Below are positions 8,232 to 17,375 of a stretch of 64,000 bases of DNA, in pieces. Position 1 is the stretch's first letter, and each line of letters begins with the position of its first letter. The position numbers and the translations under genes were made by a program. A model generated the notes under the pieces. That model made no database searches, was not told the origin of the DNA, and saw nothing but the letters and a program-made list of their open reading frames with translations. The stretch is from Desulfoscipio geothermicus (lineage in GTDB: Bacteria; Bacillota; Desulfotomaculia; Desulfotomaculales; Desulfallaceae), in contig JAENZP010000014.1 in assembly GCA_016841205.1 (NCBI GenBank), forward strand, positions 23,003 through 87,002, read 5' to 3'.

Positions 8232-8726
8232 TTAAAGGGCAGCTAGGCATGACTCACAACCTCCACCGCAAGACGATAACCCTATGCACATCGTTTCGTT
8301 AGTAAACCAACAAATAAAATCGTCAACGGTATTAAATATCCTGTCAGCCCAGTGATGTACCCAGCTCCGTTCCCCCTTGCACGGTTGTCCTACTACAACC
8401 GACCTCTTTCCCAAGCCTACCCCCAAAGCCCAATCTGCATGAGAATCAGATCCACAAGGTAAGAGTAAAATAATAAAGTCTGACCAAATAATTGCTTGTT
8501 TGTTTTCCATGACAACTTGTTTCCATTCAGGCTTGTTTATATATTCGCTGTACTTATGGATAGCGGGATTAAACTCTTCCGGGATTTTTTCTGGCGGTAT
8601 CCCTGGTGTTTTGCGTAAATTAGCGTCAGTAAAGTCGTATACTTCATGCTTCAAATCCCGAAACTTCATTGCTAACTGTCTAACGGTATCCCTGTTCTTC
8701 CAGGATGAACTAATATAAATTTTCAT
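8232..8726 (-). CDS. Hypothetical protein; Rossmann-like N-terminus reminiscent of nucleoside 2-deoxyribosyltransferase/SLOG-type phage proteins (tentative)
   Basis: MKIYISSSWKNRD... start, an LLLPCGSDSHADWALG segment, and a Cys-rich tail CGGGCESC. The functional call is weak. Confidence 0.4.
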   Translation of the reverse strand: MKIYISSSWKNRDTVRQLAMKFRDLKHEVYDFTDANLRKTPGIPPEKIPEEFNPAIHKYSEYINKPEWKQVVMENKQAIIWSDFIILLLPCGSDSHADWALGVGLGKRSVVVGQPCKGERSWVHHWADRIFNTVDDFICWFTNETMCIGLSSCGGGCESCLAAL

Positions 8727-9042
8727 AGTAATAACCCCCTGTCACTTAATTTAGCTACTACACAAATATTGTTCAAACAACCTTAATTGCCTATCTTGGC
8801 CATACCAGCCAGGTATTTGCGCAGGTCACTGACTGTGCCGATGAACGATATAATGCGGTATGCCAAATTACCCACCCCCTTGCCTATCATGATAAGCATT
8901 AAATAATACTAAGCCCGATAAATATAAAAACATCTTGGGAAGCTTTATATATTGTTTTAAGCATGAATATCGCTCTATTCTTGTCCCCCGCCATTTTGAT
9001 CGTGGATTTTCTTTGCAGGGGGCTTGTCCACTGGGGCGGCTC

Positions 9043-9186
9043 TTACGAACCGCTTACTGCTTCCTGTTTTTGCTCCTGCTCCTGATTTCTTTTTTTCACA
9101 ATTTCTATAGCGTCTTTGATGAAGAAACTTAAAAATCTTTTAGTCTGTTCTTCATTAAGCTGAATTTTTAATGGTTTTTCTTCCAT
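9043..9186 (-). CDS. Hypothetical 47-aa protein
   Basis: GGGAGGGG SD 6 nt upstream of the ATG. Own translation MEEKPLKIQLNEEQTKRFLSFFIKDAIEIVKKRNQEQEQKQEAVSGS. Confidence 0.4.
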   Translation of the reverse strand: MEEKPLKIQLNEEQTKRFLSFFIKDAIEIVKKRNQEQEQKQEAVSGS

Positions 9187-9525
9187 TGCACACCCCTCCC
9201 GTAAAAAAATATGCAATTGGATAGCACGGACAACCCTTAGATTAAGATGGTAATATATCCCCTAACGGGAAGTATTTTTCTTTCGTTTATTTGCTGCAAT
9301 TGGGTTGCTTTCGTAAAAAGCAAGGATTTGCCGGTAAATTTCTGTTGCGTTGGCCATATAACTTTCAAAGCATGAATATCGCTCCATTCGTTCCCCTGTA
9401 AATGGCGGGGGTTTTTATTTACTCTTACCAATAACTGGCATATAATAAAAGGTATTCAGAATACTATTTTTTGACCTTTGGCAATGGCTTTGATTGCGCT
9501 CAAATAAGAACATTACACAATAGGT

Positions 9526-9729
9526 TCACTCAGCACCATCGGCGACAAACTTAGTATCAATAATGATGGGCCGCGCTTTTCGTAACCATGTGGATATTTT
9601 TAGTTCTAGCTCCGCATGATCATTTGAGGCCATTAACTTTACCTCGTTATGACGAGGCGGTTTCGGGCTGAATTTGATTAGCTTTGAAGCCTTTTGTTCC
9701 AAGAGAGCTACTCTTTTGTCAATGTCCAT
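9526..9729 (-). CDS. Hypothetical 67-aa protein downstream of cro-like gene
   Basis: The internal ATG (MDIDKRVALLEQ...) avoids the 77-nt overlap that the longer track ORF makes with the XRE gene. Confidence 0.4.
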   Translation of the reverse strand: MDIDKRVALLEQKASKLIKFSPKPPRHNEVKLMASNDHAELELKISTWLRKARPIIIDTKFVADGAE

Positions 9730-9748
9730 TTTTACCGCCCATTCGAAT

Positions 9749-9991
9749 TTATTTTCCGTCGGTGCCGGTAGGTAAATCACGCGAATCGCGTAGTTTGTTC
9801 TCATAAAAAAAATCCTTGATATCAACTCCTAAAGCATCAGCAATAATTAAAGCGTGTTCAAGAGTAAGTTTTTTTCTACCGCTTTCAATATCACAATAAC
9901 TTGATGGAGACATGTTAATCTTATTCGCAACAAATTTGGATTTAATGCCCTTTGAGATTCTTATTTTTCTAATTTTATCTCCAAAAATCAA
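9749..9991 (-). CDS. Cro-like XRE-family HTH regulator
   Basis: HTH KSKFVANKINMSPSSYCDIESGRKKLTLEHALIIADALGV. GGAGGTG SD 6 nt upstream of the TTG at 9991; the track start at 10006 is probably too long. Confidence 0.8.
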   Translation of the reverse strand: MIFGDKIRKIRISKGIKSKFVANKINMSPSSYCDIESGRKKLTLEHALIIADALGVDIKDFFYENKLRDSRDLPTGTDGK

Positions 9992-10016
9992 GTCTATCAC
10001 CTCCAATTACGAACTT

Positions 10017-10055
10017 CGCTTATTGCGTAGTTTAATTATAACTACGCAATAAGCG
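10017..10055. promoter_or_regulatory. Operator: perfect 16-bp inverted repeat CGCTTATTGCGTAGTT / AACTACGCAATAAGCG separated by 7 bp
   Basis: Lies in the 147-bp divergent region between the two XRE genes. A related half-site is repeated at about 10069-10087. Confidence 0.7.
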
Positions 10056-10153
10056 ATTGTCAATATAAAACTACGCATATTGCGAATGTTTATTTATTAT
10101 ATTCGCATACTGTGATATATTAAACTTATTGGCAAAAAAAAGGGGTTTTAAAT

Positions 10154-10612
10154 ATGAGTAAAAGCCTTGGAGAAAGATTAAAATTATCAAGATCAAGAAA
10201 GAATTTGACCCAAGAGGAAGTTTCTAAACTTATTGGAGTTAAGCCTCAAACTATTTCTGGTTATGAAAAAAATTACCGCCAACCAGATTCGGTTATACTG
10301 GCAAAACTTGCTGATATTTATAATACAACAACGGATTATCTCCTTGGCCGCATTGATAGCCCAAACCCGCCCCAAAACACTGACATAGACGAATACATCT
10401 ACCAAGCAAACGACCTTGGACAAGCACTTCTAAAGATAATCGAGCTAGACCATAAACTTGGTTTTGATGATAAAACCTTAGTTGAATTAGTAAAAAAAGC
10501 AAAAGAAAAATACGGTATGCCGGAAGTATCATATGCCGAACCTGCTGCTCATGGACCTGGTTACCCCGGATCAGGTGCCCTTGATGATGAAGATGATGAA
10601 GATGATGAATAA
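10154..10612 (+). CDS. CI/ImmR-like XRE-family repressor with poly-acidic C-terminal tail
   Basis: HTH LTQEEVSKLIGVKPQTISGYEKNYRQPDSVILAKLADIY. AAGGGG SD. Tail LDDEDDEDDE. Confidence 0.8.
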   Translation: MSKSLGERLKLSRSRKNLTQEEVSKLIGVKPQTISGYEKNYRQPDSVILAKLADIYNTTTDYLLGRIDSPNPPQNTDIDEYIYQANDLGQALLKIIELDHKLGFDDKTLVELVKKAKEKYGMPEVSYAEPAAHGPGYPGSGALDDEDDEDDE

Positions 10613-10630
10613 GTATAAGGATGAATTAAA

Positions 10631-11140
10631 ATGGTTACCTTGGATACCTTACTTCTTATTACTGATACACTTGGTATAAAAGTTAAATTTAAGGATTTAA
10701 ATAGAAACCACATTGGATTATTGGGAAAGGCCGACGCAAACAAAAGGAAAGTTGTATTAGATAACTCTTTAAAATTTTGTATGCGTGAACAAAAGTGTAT
10801 TCTCTCCGAAGAAATAGGGCATATTCTCTATCCGCCTAGACCTGGTCATATAGCTTACCACGCTCGCGGTTACTATGACATTGACAACATAGAAAGAAGC
10901 ATAATTAAAGTAACTGTTGCCCAGGATGAGCGTAGAGCGCTCGACTGGGCAACAAATGCTTTAATACCAGATGTCGAATTTTGGCGAGCTGTGGAAGAAG
11001 GTGAAAATATATTATATCAATTAGCTGATTGGTTTGAGGTAACTGAGTGGTTTATGCGCATTAAAATAGGGTATATCAGGCGCAAGGCCCTCGACAATGG
11101 AACACGTTTAAAATGGAACGACATAATAAGGCGTAACTAA
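10631..11140 (+). CDS. ImmA/IrrE-family (DUF955) metallopeptidase-like anti-repressor
   Basis: Immediately downstream of the repressor. SEEIGHIL stands in place of the HExxH motif (first His is Glu), followed by ERRALDWATNALIP, which resembles E..AN.FA..LL.P. Confidence 0.6.
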   Translation: MVTLDTLLLITDTLGIKVKFKDLNRNHIGLLGKADANKRKVVLDNSLKFCMREQKCILSEEIGHILYPPRPGHIAYHARGYYDIDNIERSIIKVTVAQDERRALDWATNALIPDVEFWRAVEEGENILYQLADWFEVTEWFMRIKIGYIRRKALDNGTRLKWNDIIRRN

Positions 11141-11229
11141 CTACACCCTTAAAATCCACATAAAAGAAAATGGCTATTTTATAAAAGAGGTGGATTACTT
11201 AGATAACACACCAATAAAAAGAGGACATA

Positions 11230-11530
11230 ATTCGCCGTTTGAACAAGCCAAAAAACAAACAGTCACGGCGTAGACTATTGGTCTGCAAATGATTTGCTGG
11301 CATATTGGAATACAAACAATTTCGCAACTTATAAATAGCATAAAAAAACTATGGAATCCTGTGAGAATAGTGGGTACAAAACATCAGACCATTTTGCTGA
11401 AGTTAACAGGTTGGTCTGGGCTCAAACGCATAAAGAGAAATTGAAGACTATATACTTTCGCGCTATGCTTGTTACTTAGTTTGAAGGAAAAACCAAAAAG
11501 AAAAATTAGCAACCCGCCTACGGGGTGGTA
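11230..11530 (+). pseudogene. Decayed dinD-like (DNA-damage-inducible protein D type) gene
   Basis: Similarity has to be followed through three frames: PFEQAKKQT / GVDYWSANDLLAYWNTNNFATYK*HKKTMESCENSGYKTSDHFAEVN / VGLGSNA*REIEDYILSRYACYLV. There are at least 2 frameshifts and at least 2 stops. Confidence 0.6.
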
Positions 11531-11595
11531 ATGGTATATATTGTCTATAATTGGAAGCTAATACCAGCACATTATAAGAGTGAGGAGTATGGGCT

Positions 11596-13338
11596 ATGTC
11601 TTATTCTAGTGATGCAGTAAATACAATATTTCAAGAACGTGGTGATTTTATAATTATTGGCCTTACGGGAAGAACTGGCTCTGGTTGTACAACCGTTTCG
11701 AAGATATTATCACAAAATGATTTTGACGCACTTTCTCTACAAACACCTAATGATTATGATTTTAAAGATAATGAACAACGCAAATATAGGCTTATATATA
11801 ATTATGCAAAGGAAAATTGGACCCCTTTCAGATCGATTGGGATGTCCATAGTGTTAGCCTCATTTATTTTTGAAAAAGGTTATAACACTATTAAAAATTT
11901 TATTGATTCCCAAAACGATATTAAAATTCATAGAAAAGAAGAACTATTATCAGAACTTGATACCTTGTCGTCGTCTATTGATGAAATATCACAGGATTTA
12001 AAAACCTTTATAGATGCAAATGGGCGTTTAAAGCGAGATTCTCCTGAAATACAAAAAGGAGAAGTTACGCTATTAGCAAAGATAGATACTGCAACAACTA
12101 ATTTTAAAAACATTTTGAAAAAATATACGTTAACGCAAGATATTGAGGTCGAAGGTGAAAAACAAGAATGTGTTGCGCAAGCATACACATACTTCTTTCA
12201 ACTATTTGGTAATAATGTTAGAGGGAGTGGTAATCCTTTAGACAATTCTTTTAGTGGCAAAAACATGTTTGACTTAGCCATACGTGCAAACGATTTTATA
12301 AAAGCTATTCGTGAATCTCAACAGCTAAAGAACAAACCAACACTTATATGTATTGACGCACTAAGAAACTCCTTCGAAGTAACCTATTTTCAAGATAGAT
12401 TCTCTGCCTTTTATTTAATGGCAATTGTTACGGATGATGAAGAGCGACAACGTCGCTTAGCTGAAATGAACAAAAAACAAATATTAAGTTTAGATGCAAT
12501 GGAGTATCCTAACAAGCTCACGGATGAAAAGCTGTTCAAGCAACAAAATATAGCTGCTTGCTTGGAAATATCAGACATTCATGTTTATAATCCTCAAACA
12601 TCTACTATAAAGAATAATTACTATTTAACTACACAATTGATAAAGTATGTAATGCTAATGAAGCATCCAGGACTTGTAACTCCGACACATATTGAACGGT
12701 GCATGCAAACTGCTTATAATGCTAAATTAAATTCCGGTTGTTTATCACGACAAGTGGGAGCTGTTATTACAGATAAAAACTTTAGTATTAAGGCTGTCGG
12801 TTGGAACGATGTGCCTTCTGGTCAAATATCATGTAATTTAAGAGATGTTAATTCATTATATGTTAATAAAGATTATAATTCGCATAGTAAATTTGAAATA
12901 GAAAATCAGGAGTTTTCTAATAAAATTAACAATCTTAATTCTAAAATTGATTATTCACGACTTAAAGGCCGACTATACCCATATTGTTTCAAGGATATTC
13001 ATGATAAAAAGAATCAAGTCCATACGCGCTCATTACATGCTGAAGAAAATGCCTTTTTACAAATTGTAAAGTATGGAGGAATTGGGATAGAAGGAGGAGT
13101 CTTATTTACAACTGCCAGTCCATGTGAATTATGTTCAAAGAAAGCATATCAACTTGGTATCAAACAAATATATTATATAGATCCATATCCAGGTATATCT
13201 AAAGACCATATATTAACCTTTGGAGATAATAATCCAGAAATAAAACTTTTTTTTGGTGCAATTGGATGTGCTTACACAAAATTATATTCACAACGATTGT
13301 CAATAAAAGATGAATTGAAAATGTTAAATGAAGGATAA
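11596..13338 (+). CDS. P-loop NTPase/kinase-like N-domain fused to CMP/dCMP-type zinc deaminase; AvcD / dCTP-deaminase-type antiphage protein
   Basis: Walker A GLTGRTGSGCTT near the N-terminus. C-terminal deaminase motifs HAEENAF and PCELCSKK. GAGGAG SD. Very AT-rich relative to its neighbours. Confidence 0.7.
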   Translation: MSYSSDAVNTIFQERGDFIIIGLTGRTGSGCTTVSKILSQNDFDALSLQTPNDYDFKDNEQRKYRLIYNYAKENWTPFRSIGMSIVLASFIFEKGYNTIKNFIDSQNDIKIHRKEELLSELDTLSSSIDEISQDLKTFIDANGRLKRDSPEIQKGEVTLLAKIDTATTNFKNILKKYTLTQDIEVEGEKQECVAQAYTYFFQLFGNNVRGSGNPLDNSFSGKNMFDLAIRANDFIKAIRESQQLKNKPTLICIDALRNSFEVTYFQDRFSAFYLMAIVTDDEERQRRLAEMNKKQILSLDAMEYPNKLTDEKLFKQQNIAACLEISDIHVYNPQTSTIKNNYYLTTQLIKYVMLMKHPGLVTPTHIERCMQTAYNAKLNSGCLSRQVGAVITDKNFSIKAVGWNDVPSGQISCNLRDVNSLYVNKDYNSHSKFEIENQEFSNKINNLNSKIDYSRLKGRLYPYCFKDIHDKKNQVHTRSLHAEENAFLQIVKYGGIGIEGGVLFTTASPCELCSKKAYQLGIKQIYYIDPYPGISKDHILTFGDNNPEIKLFFGAIGCAYTKLYSQRLSIKDELKMLNEG

Positions 13339-13543
13339 TGCTAACTCCTTATTACATATTCCCGTTAGGTTAATAATGGGAAGCATAAGACTAGTAAAGT
13401 TCGTGGCATCCTTATTCGATGTGAACATACTGATGATTAGTGTTGTACATAGCCCAATAATTCATTTACTTGATAATTTTATATTTTTATTGGATTACAG
13501 TAGAATACTTGGTACTATATAGTTTAAATCAGCAGTCTCACTA

Positions 13544-15916
13544 ATGGGAGTGGTGGTGACAAATATAGTCATGGAAAAAAGGCAATTAACTGAGCAGGAA
13601 ATCAGAACTCAATTTATTACTCCTGCCATTAAAAATGCAGGTTGGACAAATGCTCAACTGCGAGAAGAATATCCCATTACAAAAGGGCGCATTATTGCGC
13701 GTGGTGGTACCTACAAACGAGATCATGCCAAGTTTGCCGACTATATTCTTTTTTACAAGTCGCATATCCCCCTTGCAGTTGTGGAGGCAAAGGATAATAA
13801 CCACGCTATTGGCGAAGGTATGCAGCAGGCGCTGGACTATGCCCAGCGCATGATGATCCCGTTCGTATTCACATCCAACGGTGATGGATTTACGTTTCGC
13901 AACCGTATTGATTCAAGCGAAAAAGTTATTGGTTTGACTGACTTCCCTTCCCCGGAATCGCTTTGGCATATTTATAGACAGAATGCCAGAATTGACGGTC
14001 AGCAAGAAAAAGTAATAACACAGCCTTATTATTTAGAGCGCGAGGACAAGGCCCCGCGCTATTACCAACTTAATGCAATCAATCTAACGGTGGATGCCGT
14101 GATACGCGGGCAAGACCGTGTCTTACTTGTCATGGCAACAGGAACAGGCAAAACATATACGGCTTTCCAAATTATCTGGCGGCTTTGGAAAGCGAGTGTT
14201 AAGCACCGCATTTTGTTTCTTGCTGACCGCAATGCCTTGATTGACCAAACCTATGTCAACGATTTTGCGCCGTTCAAGGATAAAATGACGATTATCCGCA
14301 ACCGGAAGATTGATAAATCCTATGAGATCTATCTTGCGTTGTATCAGGGGCTGACCGGTAATGGTGACAAGGATGTCTTTAAACAGTTCAGCCCGAATTT
14401 CTTTGACCTGATTATCGTGGACGAATGCCATCGTGGCAGCGCAAAAGCGAACAGTGAGTGGCGCGAGGTGTTGGAGTATTTCAAACCCGCTGCGCAAATT
14501 GGACTGACTGCCACGCCGAAAGAAGATAAAGATGTGTCGAACATCGATTATTTCGGCAAGCCTATCTATACATACTCGCTCAAGCAAGGTATTAACGACG
14601 GTTTTCTCGCGCCGTACCGGGTGATCCGCGTGCTTTTAGACAAGGATGCCGAGGGCTTCCGACCCTATCTCGGTCAGACTGACCGCTTTGGCAATGAGAT
14701 CATCGACCGCGAATACAACGTCAGCGACTATGATCGCGAACTGGTTTTGGAGCAGCGAACAAAAATTGTTGCCACAGTGGTTTCGAACTATCTGAAAAAG
14801 CATAACATCCGTTATGATAAGACCATCTTTTTCTGTGTAGATACAGAACACGCAGACCGAATGCGGCAGGCTCTTGTCAACGAAAACCGCGATTATGTGA
14901 TCGAAGACGAACGTTATGTCATGCGTATCACCGGCGATGACGACCCTGGTAAAAAGCAATTGGACAATTTTCGTGATGTATCCAGCAAATATCCTGTGCT
15001 TGTTACCACATCAAAGCTGCTCACTACCGGCGTTGACGTCCAGATGGTAAAAAATATCGTACTGGATTCCAATATTAACAGCATGACGGAGTTTAAGCAG
15101 ATTATTGGCCGTGGAACACGCGTCCGTGAAGACTTAGGCAAGATGTTCTTTACCATCTTCGACTTCCGCGATGTTACACGCCACTTTGCCGACCCTGACT
15201 TTGACGGGGCTGTGGAGCAAGACGAAGCTTTTACTCTGGGGCCAAACGAGGAAATTCCACCTTTGCCGAATGACCCGATTGACGATCCCCCCGCCGGTGA
15301 TGACCCAGATTGGCTAGTACCTTCCGGTGGTGACGATCCGCCTACAGGTCGTAGACAAAAATACTATGTCAACGATGTGCCGGTCACCGTTTTAAAGCAA
15401 CGTGTGCAGTATATCGACAAGGACGGTAAGTTGATCACCGAGTCGTTGACTGATTACACGCACCGCAATATGCGCAATCAGTATGCCACGTTGGAGGAAT
15501 TTCTGTCGGCTTGGAACAGTGCAGAACGCAAGCAAATAATTATGGACGAGCTAGCAGCACAGGGTGTTTTCATCGAAGAATTACAGGAGCAAATCGGGCA
15601 GGAGTTTGACCCGTTCGATTTACTTTGCCATGTCGCTTTTGACCAGCCACCACTAACACGGCGCGAGCGGGCAAACAACGTAAAGAAGCGTAACTATTTT
15701 GCGAAGTACGGCGAACAGGCTGCGGCCGTACTAGACGCCTTGCTTGAGAAATACGCCGATTCTGGGGTTTCCAATCTGGAAAGCATGGATATTCTCAAGG
15801 TCAATCCCATTCGGGACTTCGGTTCGCCGGTACACATTGTGAACCGCATTTTCAAGGGGAAAGCGAACTTTGAACAGGCTCTGCGGGAGCTGACCCACGA
15901 ACTCTATGTAGCGTAA
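13544..15916 (+). CDS. hsdR: Type I restriction enzyme R subunit
   Basis: N-terminal EQEIRTQFITPAI, helicase motif I MATGTGKT, DEAD-box IVDECHRGS, GLTATP, TTGVD. The true start may be the ATG at 13571. Confidence 0.9.
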   Translation: MGVVVTNIVMEKRQLTEQEIRTQFITPAIKNAGWTNAQLREEYPITKGRIIARGGTYKRDHAKFADYILFYKSHIPLAVVEAKDNNHAIGEGMQQALDYAQRMMIPFVFTSNGDGFTFRNRIDSSEKVIGLTDFPSPESLWHIYRQNARIDGQQEKVITQPYYLEREDKAPRYYQLNAINLTVDAVIRGQDRVLLVMATGTGKTYTAFQIIWRLWKASVKHRILFLADRNALIDQTYVNDFAPFKDKMTIIRNRKIDKSYEIYLALYQGLTGNGDKDVFKQFSPNFFDLIIVDECHRGSAKANSEWREVLEYFKPAAQIGLTATPKEDKDVSNIDYFGKPIYTYSLKQGINDGFLAPYRVIRVLLDKDAEGFRPYLGQTDRFGNEIIDREYNVSDYDRELVLEQRTKIVATVVSNYLKKHNIRYDKTIFFCVDTEHADRMRQALVNENRDYVIEDERYVMRITGDDDPGKKQLDNFRDVSSKYPVLVTTSKLLTTGVDVQMVKNIVLDSNINSMTEFKQIIGRGTRVREDLGKMFFTIFDFRDVTRHFADPDFDGAVEQDEAFTLGPNEEIPPLPNDPIDDPPAGDDPDWLVPSGGDDPPTGRRQKYYVNDVPVTVLKQRVQYIDKDGKLITESLTDYTHRNMRNQYATLEEFLSAWNSAERKQIIMDELAAQGVFIEELQEQIGQEFDPFDLLCHVAFDQPPLTRRERANNVKKRNYFAKYGEQAAAVLDALLEKYADSGVSNLESMDILKVNPIRDFGSPVHIVNRIFKGKANFEQALRELTHELYVA

Positions 15917-15935
15917 CGAACGGGAGGAACATGAA

Positions 15936-17375
15936 ATGGCAGTTTCAAACACCACCAAAGCCTTAAAGGATATCATGCGTATTGACGCAGGCATCAACGG
16001 TGACGCGCAGTATATTGAGCAGATCACGTGGATGCTGTTCCTGAAGGCATTTGATTATAAAGAACAGGAATGGGAACTAACCGAGGACGATTATTATCCT
16101 GTCATACCCTATGAATACCGGTGGAGTGTTTGGGCGGACGATCCCGAGGGTATCACAGGTGACGCACTGGTTGCCCATGTAGACACGATGTTTGTCACCC
16201 TGCGTAATCTAGATACTTCTGACGACACAAAAAAGCGCAAATGGCTAATTAGGGAAGTCATGGATGGTATTAACAATTTTATGAAGTCCGGCACGCTACT
16301 GCGACAGGTCGTGAACAAAATCAACGCTGACATCAATTTTGACGAGGTCAGAACAGCCCATTTGTTCAACGGATTATATGAAACCATGCTCAAAGATCTG
16401 CAAAGCGCGGGCAAGGCAGGCGAGTTTTATACGCCTCGCCCTGTGACCCGCTTTATTGTGGAGAAAATTGACCCTAAGCTGGGCGAATTCGTCCTCGACC
16501 CGGCATGCGGTACGGGCGGCTTTTTGACCAGCGTGGTTGACCGTTACACAATCAATACAACAGAGGAATATAAGACGCTGCAAGCAACGATAAAGGGTAT
16601 TGAGAAGAAGCCATTTCCCTACTTACTTTGCGTGACCAACCTGATTGCGCACGGAATCGACGTACCGAATATCCGTCATGATAACACACTCCGCACGCCT
16701 GTCGCCGATTATGGCGTCAAGGACAAGGTAGATGTAATTGTCACCAATCCACCTTTCGGCGGCGCGGAGGAAAAGGCGATTTCACAATCCGTATCGGCGG
16801 AATTACGCAACACCGAAACCGCCGACCTGTTCCTTGTACATATTATGGCGCTGCTCAAAGACGGCGGGCGCTGCGGCCTTGTTTTGCCGGACGGCTTCCT
16901 GTTCGGTACCGGCGTTAAGTCCGCCATTAAGAAAAAGTTGCTGGAAGAAAACGACCTGCATACTATCGTGCGCCTGCCAAAGGACGTTTTTGCGCCGTAC
17001 ACAAACATAAACACAAATCTGTTGTTTTTCAAAAAAGGCCGTCCAACAAAAGGCGTATGGTTTTACCGGCTGGAAATGCCTGCGGGTTACAAGCATTTTT
17101 CCAAAACGCGCCCCATGTTAGACGCACATTTCGACCCCCTGCGGAATTGGTGGAACGCCCGCAATGATAGCGACGTTTCGCAGTATGTACCGGTGGAGGA
17201 TATCATTGCAGGCGATTATAACCTTGATCTATGCGGCTTTCAGCACGATACGTTAGAAATTTTGGCTCCTGATGAGTTTATCAATCAATATTTGAATAAT
17301 AAGGCTGCAATCTCTGCTCGTATTGAGAATATATTGGCGCGCATTTCCGCCGCGATGGAACAGGAGGATGTATGA
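15936..17375 (+). CDS. hsdM: Type I R-M N6-adenine DNA methyltransferase subunit
   Basis: AdoMet motif LDPACGTGGFL and catalytic NPPFGG. Its stop overlaps the hsdS start (ATGA). Confidence 0.9.
   Translation: MAVSNTTKALKDIMRIDAGINGDAQYIEQITWMLFLKAFDYKEQEWELTEDDYYPVIPYEYRWSVWADDPEGITGDALVAHVDTMFVTLRNLDTSDDTKKRKWLIREVMDGINNFMKSGTLLRQVVNKINADINFDEVRTAHLFNGLYETMLKDLQSAGKAGEFYTPRPVTRFIVEKIDPKLGEFVLDPACGTGGFLTSVVDRYTINTTEEYKTLQATIKGIEKKPFPYLLCVTNLIAHGIDVPNIRHDNTLRTPVADYGVKDKVDVIVTNPPFGGAEEKAISQSVSAELRNTETADLFLVHIMALLKDGGRCGLVLPDGFLFGTGVKSAIKKKLLEENDLHTIVRLPKDVFAPYTNINTNLLFFKKGRPTKGVWFYRLEMPAGYKHFSKTRPMLDAHFDPLRNWWNARNDSDVSQYVPVEDIIAGDYNLDLCGFQHDTLEILAPDEFINQYLNNKAAISARIENILARISAAMEQEDV

Noticed and set aside
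9369-9412. Two copies of AAGCATGAATATCGCTC(T/C)ATTC (8958-8982 and 9369-9393), each near a C/G-rich mini-hairpin.
   Set aside because: Only two short copies exist in a region of small unassigned phage ORFs. This is insufficient to call a regulatory repeat or a recombination site.
11260-11480. An apparent run of about nine in-frame stop codons in the dinD-like relic. This initially suggested targeted hypermutation by the neighbouring deaminase.
   Set aside because: It was an artefact of reading a single frame. The protein similarity actually hops between three frames, leaving only a few stops plus frameshifts, which is ordinary pseudogene decay.
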